Assembly (NCBI GenBank): GCA_003223995.1
Contig: QHYA01000061.1
Span: 2,259 to 66,258 of the forward strand
Length of the DNA stretch: 64,000 nucleotides
Origin: Acidobacteriota bacterium
Lineage (GTDB): Bacteria; Acidobacteriota; Polarisedimenticolia; QHYA01
Direction: 5' to 3'
In this document: positions 56,895 through 64,000 of the stretch, piece by piece
Layout: the number at the start of each line of letters is the position of its first letter
Position numbering within the stretch: the first letter of the stretch is position 1
Translations under genes and position numbers: made by a program
Notes under the pieces: model-generated
What the model saw: the letters and a program-made list of their open reading frames with translations, nothing else
The model's database searches: none
Told to the model about the DNA's origin: nothing

Positions 56895-59135
56895 ATGACA
56901 AGCCCCCGCGAAGCAGAGAGCGAGATCCGCGAGTTCTGGAGCATCCTGGTCCGCCGACAGTGGGCGATCTATACCGTCGCAGGGCTCGTGCTCGGGCTGA
57001 CCGCCCTGCGGCTGCTGATGGTCCAGTCGACCTACAAGGCGAAGGCCCTCGTCGAGATCCAGCGGTCCAGCCCCGACGTGCTCGCCTTCCGGGACATCAT
57101 CCGCACCGATCCGTCCTACCAGGGCTACAGCGCTTTCTACGAGACGCAGTACCGCATCCTTCAGAGCCGCGCGGTCGCCCGCCGTGCGGCCGAGAGGCTG
57201 GACCTCCCGCGCCATCCCCTCCTGCCGCGGAAGAGTCCCGGGCTTCTCCAGAGAACCCTCGCGGCTCTCCGCCGCGCTCTCCCCCGAGGCGAGGCGCACG
57301 CGGCACCTGCAGAGCCAATGGGGCCTTTCATCGATCTCGTCCTGGCCGGCCTGTCCATCGAGCCTGTGAAGGACAGCAACCTCGTGGAGGTCGTCTACCT
57401 CTCCCCCGATCCGCGCTTCTGCGCTCAGCTCGCCAACGCCGTGGCAGATGCCTACATCGAGTTCGCGCTCTCGTCGCAGTTCGACACGACCGAACAGGCC
57501 AGCGACTTCCTGAGCCGCCGCGTGGGCGAGCTGCGAGACGAGGTCGAGGATCTGGAGAAGCGGCTCCAGAGCTACAGGGAGTCCCGTCGGATCCTCCCCT
57601 CCGCCGGAGCCGAGAACATCGCTCTGAAGGGGGTCTCGGACATCGACGCCATCTACCTCCAGGCCCGCGCCAGACGCATCGCGACTGAGTCGGAGTGGAC
57701 CGCCGCGCGCGGCACCGACCCTTCGTCCCTGCCCGCCGTCGTGGAGAACCCGACCGTGCAACGGCTCCAGCACGAGGTCAACGACCTGGAGATCCAGCGG
57801 GCGGAGCTGCTGCGAACTTTCAAGCCCGGCTGGCCGCAGGTCGAGGTGCTCACGCGGAAGCTCGAAGGAGCCCGGCAGCAGCTCAGCAGCGAGACCGAGG
57901 CGATCGCGCGACGGATCGTCAGCGCCGAGCAGGCGAAGTACCGCGCCGCCCTCGACGAGGAGGAGAGGCTCGGCAAGCTCCTGGAGGAGCAGAAGTCCGA
58001 GGCCCAGCGGACGGGAAGGGACTCGATCGAGTACGCCACGCTCCAGGCGGAAGTCGAGCGCAAGCGGGCGGTTCTGAACGCACTTCTCCAAAGGCAGAAC
58101 GAGACGGCGGTCTCTTCCCAGCTCCGCGACATGAACGCGGGCAATGCCAGGATCGTGGACAGGGCGATTCCTCCTACCGCTCCGTGCAAGCCTCGCCCGG
58201 GCGTCGAGCTGCCGCTGGGGCTTTTCGTCGGCCTGCTCCTCGGCATGGGGGCGGCCTTCGGGATGGAGAGTTGGGACAATACGCTGCGAACGCAGGAGGA
58301 GATCGAAAGGTTCCTCGGAACCCCGACGCTGGCCCGCATTCCCTCCGCTTCGCTCGACCCGCAACGCCGGGGCGGACCCGCATGGGGGACCGGCGAGATC
58401 GACCTCATGAGCCACCATCACCCCTCGTCCCCCCTGGCGGAATCCTTCCGGGACTTGAGGACAGCGCTCTCTCTTTCCTCCGCAGGATCGACGCCCCGAA
58501 GTCTCACAGTGGCCAGCACGAGGCCGGAGGAAGGGAAATCGACGATCGCGATCAATCTAGCGACCGTGCTCGCGCAGTCCGGCAAGAAGGTGCTGCTCGT
58601 CGATTCCGACCTGAGGCGTCCGCGGCTCCACCGGGCCTTCGGACTGCGAAACGGCTCGGGGCTTTCGACTTTCCTCTGCGGAAAGGCGTCTCTCGAGGAA
58701 GCGGTCCAGATGACGCTCGTGGCGAGGCTCTGGCTTCTGGCGAGCGGGCCCGTCCCACCGAACCCGGCGGAGCTGCTCGACTCGGCCTGCTTCGACGAGC
58801 TGCTGAAGATGGTTCTCGACTCCTACGAGATGGTCGTGCTCGATTCCGCCCCCCTGCTCACGGTCGCGGACGGAGCGATTCTCGCCTCCCGGACCGAGGG
58901 GACGCTCCTGGTCGTGGAATCCGACCGGACAACCCGCGAGGAGGCCCTGCGCGCTCGTGAGAAGCTGCGACAGGTCTCGGCCCGGCTTCTTGGCGTGGTG
59001 CTGAACAACGCTGCGGAATCGGGCCGATCCTATGGCCGCTACCGCTACCGGTACGAGCCGAGCGCCGATTCCGGCGCCGCCGACGCCCGGCGGGCCCCTT
59101 TCCGGCGCGCCGCCGGACTCCTGCGGATGCGCTAG
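56895..59135 (+). CDS. Wzc-type polysaccharide co-polymerase/tyrosine autokinase
   Basis: Wzz-like N-terminal TM, coiled coil, ESFRDLRT, PEEGKST, VDSDLRRP, PPNPAELL, LDSAP and Tyr cluster SYGRYRYRY. Confidence 0.93.
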   Translation: MTSPREAESEIREFWSILVRRQWAIYTVAGLVLGLTALRLLMVQSTYKAKALVEIQRSSPDVLAFRDIIRTDPSYQGYSAFYETQYRILQSRAVARRAAERLDLPRHPLLPRKSPGLLQRTLAALRRALPRGEAHAAPAEPMGPFIDLVLAGLSIEPVKDSNLVEVVYLSPDPRFCAQLANAVADAYIEFALSSQFDTTEQASDFLSRRVGELRDEVEDLEKRLQSYRESRRILPSAGAENIALKGVSDIDAIYLQARARRIATESEWTAARGTDPSSLPAVVENPTVQRLQHEVNDLEIQRAELLRTFKPGWPQVEVLTRKLEGARQQLSSETEAIARRIVSAEQAKYRAALDEEERLGKLLEEQKSEAQRTGRDSIEYATLQAEVERKRAVLNALLQRQNETAVSSQLRDMNAGNARIVDRAIPPTAPCKPRPGVELPLGLFVGLLLGMGAAFGMESWDNTLRTQEEIERFLGTPTLARIPSASLDPQRRGGPAWGTGEIDLMSHHHPSSPLAESFRDLRTALSLSSAGSTPRSLTVASTRPEEGKSTIAINLATVLAQSGKKVLLVDSDLRRPRLHRAFGLRNGSGLSTFLCGKASLEEAVQMTLVARLWLLASGPVPPNPAELLDSACFDELLKMVLDSYEMVVLDSAPLLTVADGAILASRTEGTLLVVESDRTTREEALRAREKLRQVSARLLGVVLNNAAESGRSYGRYRYRYEPSADSGAADARRAPFRRAAGLLRMR

Positions 59136-59147
59136 TACCCCCCTGAA

Positions 59148-61796
59148 ATGTCTCGAGCACATCGCTGGAAGATGCTCGGGCACGAAGAGAGCAGACTTCC
59201 TTACCGTATCGTCGCCTTCGGGTTGCCCGCGCTTCTCGCCATCGCGCCTCTCCCGTTCGGTGGCCGGACTCCTTCGGCCTCCTCGTTCCTCTGCGCCGCC
59301 GCATTCCTTCTCTCCGTTCCGACCCTGTTTGCGGGGAGCAGGTCGTCCGGCGGACAGGAAGCGCAAGAGATCCCCTGCGCGGCACCCTTGTCCCTCTTCC
59401 TGGCGCTGGTCTGCTTGCAGATCGTTCCCCTGCCTGAAGGGGCCGTCGCTGCCCTCAACCCTGCCACGGCGGCGCTGCGAGAACGGGTCTCGCTCGGAGC
59501 CCCCTGGGGCCCGGCACCTCTCTCCGTTTCGCCCGCAGCCACTCTCGCGGCGGTCGGAAGGCTCTCCGCCGCCCTTGCCATCTTTACTTCGGCCTGCTTC
59601 CTCGCGCGCCGCCGCGAGGGGGTCCGTGCCATCGCCATGGGGCTTTGCCTGGCTGGCCTCATCCAGTCGGCGTACGGCCTGGTCGATGTCCTCACCGGCC
59701 TCAGGGCCTCCGGTCATGCTTCCGAGTACACGGGAAGACTGACCGGGACTTTCATCAATCCGAACCACTTTGCCGCGCTGCTGGAGCTGGCGCTGCCGGC
59801 GGCCGTCGGACTCTCGCTTTCGATCGAGGAATCACCCGCGGCGCGCCCGCGCGCACGCCGGCGCAGGGTCGGAGGCCGTCTGGCCGAAGTGCTTTCCGAC
59901 CCCTCCAACGGCCGCAAGCGGCTGCTGGGTGTGTGCATCGGGGTGATGTCTGCCGCCCTGCTCTTTTCGTTATCCCGCGCGGGGATCCTGCTCGCCAGTG
60001 CGGCCTGCCTGGGAACCGCCCTGCTAGGGGGAAAGCCGGCCGGAAGCTCCCGGCAGAGCGGCGGGACCCAACATTCGCCTGGCGGCATCGCGAAACGTCT
60101 TGGCCGCCCCGCCGGAGCGGCAGCGATTGCCCTGGTCGCACTCGCCCCCCTGGCATACGACCAGGTCCTGCGTCTCGCCGGTCAGTACCGCACCTCCCCG
60201 ACCGACCTCTTCGCTGCCGGAGGACGCGCTGCGGTCTGGAAGACGACCTTCGACATCTTCCGGGACCATCCGCTCGCGGGGACGGGCCTCGCCGGGTTCG
60301 CCGCGACCCTGCCCCGCTATCGCGGAACCGACGTCGCTATCCGATGGGAGGAAGCTCACAACGACTTCGTCCAGCTGCTCGCGGAGACCGGCCTGATCGG
60401 GGCGGCCATCGCAGCCTGCGTTCTCGCGGGAGCGCTCAAGACCGCAAGGGGCTCATTCGCGCGACAGGCCTTCGAACCGGAGCGCCCCATCCGCACCGGT
60501 CTTGCCCTAGGATGCGGAGCGTTTCTCTTGCACGAGACGCTCGATTTCGGTGCGCAGATCCCCGCGGATGCGTTCGCTTTCGCCGCGGCAGCCGCGGGCT
60601 GTCTCGTCAGACCTCTTGCAGACATCCCCCGGTTGCTGGAAGCTCGCGGCTTCGCAGCCCGCTCGTTGGCCACACGATCCCTGCCTGTCCTCGCTGCCAT
60701 CGGCGCTCTATGGGGTGTCATCCACCCCCGCGACGATTCCCTGCGCTCTCTAGAGGAGGGCCGGCGATTGCTGATCGCGGCCGACCGGAGACTGGCCGAG
60801 CGGGCCGAATCATCGAGCGGCGCGCAAGGGCCGGCTCCGGCGGCTCACGACGCCCGCTTGTCCCTTCTTCGAGCGGTCTCGGAGAATCCTGCGGCAGCGG
60901 AAGGGCATCTGCTCCTCGCACGGCTGCAGCGGCGCGCAGCACTGTTCGGGCTCCCCGATGAAATCGTCCCGGGCGTGGCGGATGTGGCAGCGGCGCGCCT
61001 GAATGTCGCCGCGGAGCTGGACCCGTTCCGACCTGATCTCCGACTGGGACTGCTTCGCGAACACGCCGCGCGCGGCGAGCGCACGGCAGCGCTGCAGGAA
61101 GTGCGCGCGCTCTCCATCCATGGAGGCGGCCCTCTCTGGCTCTCCTTCCCCATCATCTGGTCCCTTGTCCCGGACCCGGATCTCATCGATCGCTATATCG
61201 CCACTCCGGAGGGCGAGATCTCGTTCACCGATTTCCTTCGTGTCATCGGAAAACGGACCGAGGCGGAGGAGCGGCTGCGGCGCCTGCTCTCCTCGGGAAC
61301 ACCTCAGGCGGTCCCCGCATATGGCAGTCTCGCGGAGATGCTGATGCAGGAGGGCCGGGCGGAAGAAGCCGCGCGTCTCGGAGAGCGGCTCCTGGAAGGC
61401 CGGGGACTCGAGCGGGGGGCTGCGGCGGCGGTCTGCGGCCGCCTCGCGCAGTCCTACATGAAGGCCGGACTGGGCGAACCGGCAATGAGGCGCATCCGTC
61501 AGGCTCTGGACCTTTCCTCCGAGGACCCGACTCTCCAGCAGGCCGCCGCGGAGATCTATCTCGCTTGCGGCCTGCCCGAGGAGGCCAAGAACCGCTACGA
61601 GTTTCTCCTCCGGGGAGGCGCTCCCGAGCCGTTCCTCCAAACTCGAGGAAAATCCCTCCATGCCGGGCTGGGCAGAGCTTACGACAGGCTGAGGCGGCGC
61701 GACGCGGCGCTGCGCGAATGGAGGGAAGTGAGCCGCCTCGACCCCCTGGACGAGGAGGCCAAGCAACGCATCACCGCCCTGTCACACGGGCTCTGA
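59148..61796 (+). CDS. O-antigen ligase/Wzy_C family membrane protein with C-terminal TPRs
   Basis: GTFINPNHFA, SLSRAG, HPLAGTGLAGF, AHNDFVQLLAETG; TPR-like tail. Confidence 0.88.
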   Translation: MSRAHRWKMLGHEESRLPYRIVAFGLPALLAIAPLPFGGRTPSASSFLCAAAFLLSVPTLFAGSRSSGGQEAQEIPCAAPLSLFLALVCLQIVPLPEGAVAALNPATAALRERVSLGAPWGPAPLSVSPAATLAAVGRLSAALAIFTSACFLARRREGVRAIAMGLCLAGLIQSAYGLVDVLTGLRASGHASEYTGRLTGTFINPNHFAALLELALPAAVGLSLSIEESPAARPRARRRRVGGRLAEVLSDPSNGRKRLLGVCIGVMSAALLFSLSRAGILLASAACLGTALLGGKPAGSSRQSGGTQHSPGGIAKRLGRPAGAAAIALVALAPLAYDQVLRLAGQYRTSPTDLFAAGGRAAVWKTTFDIFRDHPLAGTGLAGFAATLPRYRGTDVAIRWEEAHNDFVQLLAETGLIGAAIAACVLAGALKTARGSFARQAFEPERPIRTGLALGCGAFLLHETLDFGAQIPADAFAFAAAAAGCLVRPLADIPRLLEARGFAARSLATRSLPVLAAIGALWGVIHPRDDSLRSLEEGRRLLIAADRRLAERAESSSGAQGPAPAAHDARLSLLRAVSENPAAAEGHLLLARLQRRAALFGLPDEIVPGVADVAAARLNVAAELDPFRPDLRLGLLREHAARGERTAALQEVRALSIHGGGPLWLSFPIIWSLVPDPDLIDRYIATPEGEISFTDFLRVIGKRTEAEERLRRLLSSGTPQAVPAYGSLAEMLMQEGRAEEAARLGERLLEGRGLERGAAAAVCGRLAQSYMKAGLGEPAMRRIRQALDLSSEDPTLQQAAAEIYLACGLPEEAKNRYEFLLRGGAPEPFLQTRGKSLHAGLGRAYDRLRRRDAALREWREVSRLDPLDEEAKQRITALSHGL

Positions 61797-61843
61797 CAGA
61801 GCGCCCAACGAGGGAGAGGCGGGAACGGGCGTGGGGCCAAAGG

Positions 61844-62038
61844 TCAGGAGATCTTCTTCCAGACGACATCCACCTCCTCGACCGCTTTGTCGCGGCAGAG
61901 CGGGCAGAAAGGGAAGGTGCCGCCCTCTTCGAGGTGAACCGACGAGCGGCGGCCAGCGCGCTGGCAGGTCACGCAGACATAGTCGCCCGTCCCTTGACAG
62001 GTCTCCCCGACTTTGAAGTCGCCGTGAACCATCCTCAC
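61844..62038 (-). CDS. Small zinc-ribbon protein (YjzC-like)
   Basis: FKVGE...GDYVCVTC...GGTFPFCPLC...W; extended -10 TGCTAGAGT 7 nt upstream of the GTG. Confidence 0.7.
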   Translation of the reverse strand: MRMVHGDFKVGETCQGTGDYVCVTCQRAGRRSSVHLEEGGTFPFCPLCRDKAVEEVDVVWKKIS

Positions 62039-62091
62039 GAAGCGTACTCTAGCATGCGGCTGCGGCGGCGGAGGGAAGCCGTCGGAAACCT

Positions 62092-62133
62092 GCCGGAATC
62101 GAGCGGCCGGAATCGAGCTGTCGGAATCGAGCT
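62092..62133. repeat. Three 14-bp direct repeats (GYCGGAATCGAGCK) in the divergent promoter region
   Basis: GCCGGAATCGAGCG, GCCGGAATCGAGCT, GTCGGAATCGAGCT. Confidence 0.9.
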
Positions 62134-62173
62134 TGCGGGCCCGCAGGCTCCATGCTACTAAGAGGCAGAGCCA

Positions 62174-63493
62174 ATGTTTGACGACCGGAGCGCTCGCCCG
62201 CCGCTCGCTGAACGGATGCGGCCGGCGATACTAGAGGAGTTCATCGGACAGGATGAGATCGTCGGTCCGGAGACTCTCCTGAGGCGGTCGATCGAGTCCG
62301 ACGAGCTGCGCTCGATCATCCTCTGGGGCCCTCCGGGCTCCGGCAAGACCACGTTGGCGCGGATCATCGCCGCGCGCACGAGCGCCCGTTTCGTCTCATT
62401 CAGCGCGGTCCTGTCGGGGATCAAGGAGGTTCAGCAGGTCATGAGGTCCGCCGAGGAGCACCGCCGCGCTTACGGGCGCCGGACGGTGCTCTTCGTGGAC
62501 GAGATCCACCGCTTCAACCGCGCCCAACAGGATGCTTTCCTTCCCTACGTCGAGCGCGGCGACATCATCCTGATCGGCGCGACGACCGAGAACCCATCCT
62601 TCGAGGTCAACTCTGCCCTGCTGTCTCGCTCCCGTGTATACGTCCTGCGGCCGCTTCAGCCCGCGCACATCGAGGCGCTCATCCGCAGGGCCCTCTCGGA
62701 TCAACGGGGGCTGGCGGATTCGCTCCTCGAACTTCCGGACGAACTGATCGCCCACCTCGCCCGGGCGAGCCAGGGGGATGCGCGGGTCGCCTACAACGTT
62801 CTGGAGCTGCTCGCCTCCGCCGTGCCGGCGGGACCGGACCGCATCCGGCATGTCCGCCCGGAGGACCTCTCCGACGCCCTGCAGAGGCCTTCGCCGCGGT
62901 ACGACGCCACGGGTGAGGAACACTTCAACCTCATCTCGGCGCTCCACAAGTCGCTACGCAACAGCGACCCTCAGGCCGCTGTCTACTGGCTGGTGCGGAT
63001 GCTGGAGTCCGGCGAGGACCCCCTGTACATCGCCCGGAGAATGGTCCGGTTCGCCAGCGAGGACGCGGGCTTGGCGGACCCGCAGGCGCTCGGTATCGCC
63101 CTGGCGGCAAAGGACGCCGTGCACTTCCTGGGAATGCCCGAGGGGGCGCTGGCGCTCGCCGAGGCCGCCGTGTACCTCGCCTGCTCTCCGCGCTCCAACG
63201 CGATCACCATCGCCTACGAGGAGGCGGCAGCGGATGTCCGGTCCGGAGCGAATCCACCCGTCCCATATCACCTCCGCAACCCCTCCACGGGCCTGATGGC
63301 GCGGCTAGGATACGGCGAGGGGTACCTCTCCGCCCACGACACCGAGGAGGGGGTCGCAGAGATGGATTGCCTGCCGGTCGAGCTGGCCGGCCGGTGCTAC
63401 TACCGTCCGACGGAGCGCGGATTCGAGAAGACCCTGCGCGAGAGACTTGCCGGCCTCGCCGCGATCCGCGGGCGGACCCGGGACCAACGATGA
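62174..63493 (+). CDS. rarA: Replication-associated recombination protein A
   Basis: PLAERMRP, WGPPGSGKTT, DEIHRFNRAQQD, GATTENPSF, ISALHKS, ASED and VPYHLRN. Confidence 0.96.
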   Translation: MFDDRSARPPLAERMRPAILEEFIGQDEIVGPETLLRRSIESDELRSIILWGPPGSGKTTLARIIAARTSARFVSFSAVLSGIKEVQQVMRSAEEHRRAYGRRTVLFVDEIHRFNRAQQDAFLPYVERGDIILIGATTENPSFEVNSALLSRSRVYVLRPLQPAHIEALIRRALSDQRGLADSLLELPDELIAHLARASQGDARVAYNVLELLASAVPAGPDRIRHVRPEDLSDALQRPSPRYDATGEEHFNLISALHKSLRNSDPQAAVYWLVRMLESGEDPLYIARRMVRFASEDAGLADPQALGIALAAKDAVHFLGMPEGALALAEAAVYLACSPRSNAITIAYEEAAADVRSGANPPVPYHLRNPSTGLMARLGYGEGYLSAHDTEEGVAEMDCLPVELAGRCYYRPTERGFEKTLRERLAGLAAIRGRTRDQR

Positions 63494-64000
63494 CGGATCC
63501 CGCAAGCCCTCATCGGGTCCTGCTCGTCGGAGCAGGGGAGGTCCTGCCGTCCTCCCTTGCAGGCCTTCTCGCCGACGCCGGACACGAGATCCTCATCGCC
63601 CGGAACGGAGAGGAGGCGCTCGAACGGGCCAGGAAGGATCCCCCGGATCTCATCTTGCTCGACTTGCCGCCTCCCGGGGGGGAAAGTCCCGGCATCTGCC
63701 GCCGGCTGCGGAGCGATCCACTGACGGAGCATGTTCCTGTCCTGGTCGTCACCGCGCGACACAACCCGGGCCTTGTCGTGGAGAGCCTCGACAGCGGAGC
63801 GGACGACTTCATCAGCCAGCCGGTCGTTGCCGAGGAGCTTCTGGCCCGCGTCCGAGCCGCTCTTCGCGGGAAGCTCCTGCAAGACGGGCTGAAACAGGTG
63901 GGAGGCTTCTATCTCGAACTGTTCAGCCGGATGGGCGCGGCGGTCACCTCTCCCTTCCGCCTGGATGAGGAGCTGGCCAGGATCCTCGCGCATGCTCTCG
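63490..64000 (+). CDS. Signalling protein with N-terminal atypical receiver domain, runs off window end
   Basis: Hand translation: MTDPASPHRVLLVGAGE...ARNGEEALERARKDPPDLILLDL...PVLVVTA...GADDFISQP...ELLARVRAALR; ATGA overlap with rarA. Confidence 0.85.
   Translation, partial: MTDPASPHRVLLVGAGEVLPSSLAGLLADAGHEILIARNGEEALERARKDPPDLILLDLPPPGGESPGICRRLRSDPLTEHVPVLVVTARHNPGLVVESLDSGADDFISQPVVAEELLARVRAALRGKLLQDGLKQVGGFYLELFSRMGAAVTSPFRLDEELARILAHAL

Noticed and set aside
62092..62133. 14-bp repeats as CRISPR repeats or plasmid iterons
   Set aside because: Too short, no spacers, no rep gene; chromosomal context.

Overview
A GC-rich bacterial chromosomal segment. The gene content suggests Acidobacteriota or a similar lineage (CRTAC1/FG-GAP protein, TPR-multiheme cytochrome, MXAN_5187-type protein), but this is inference only. 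Housekeeping genes include an rmlA-like nucleotidyltransferase, ychF, selA, purH, rlmN, rho, ino1, thiD/thiE, pyrE and rarA. Accessory modules are: a hybrid histidine kinase; a TPR-multiheme cytochrome c/CRTAC1/TPR cluster behind a sigma54-type site; a chromate-resistance island (chrB...chrA); an HtrA gene coupled to a catalytically dead HtrA-like partner; ino1 divergent from an aminotransferase/dehydrogenase pair; an alternative sigma70-family factor; and a Wza/beta-barrel/Wzc/O-antigen-ligase polysaccharide export locus. The most striking unexplained structure is the intergenic region at 46.4-46.8 kb, which appears to encode two divergent short non-coding RNAs of the same design (hairpin with a C-rich loop plus intrinsic terminator), one behind a well-formed sigma54 site. 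Several genes carry deletions or frameshifts (purH, two DegT genes, a DUF1080-like gene), and two have odd in-frame fusions; these may be assembly artefacts. No tRNA, rRNA, CRISPR array or transposase was seen. All calls come from reading motifs by eye; no database searches were run.
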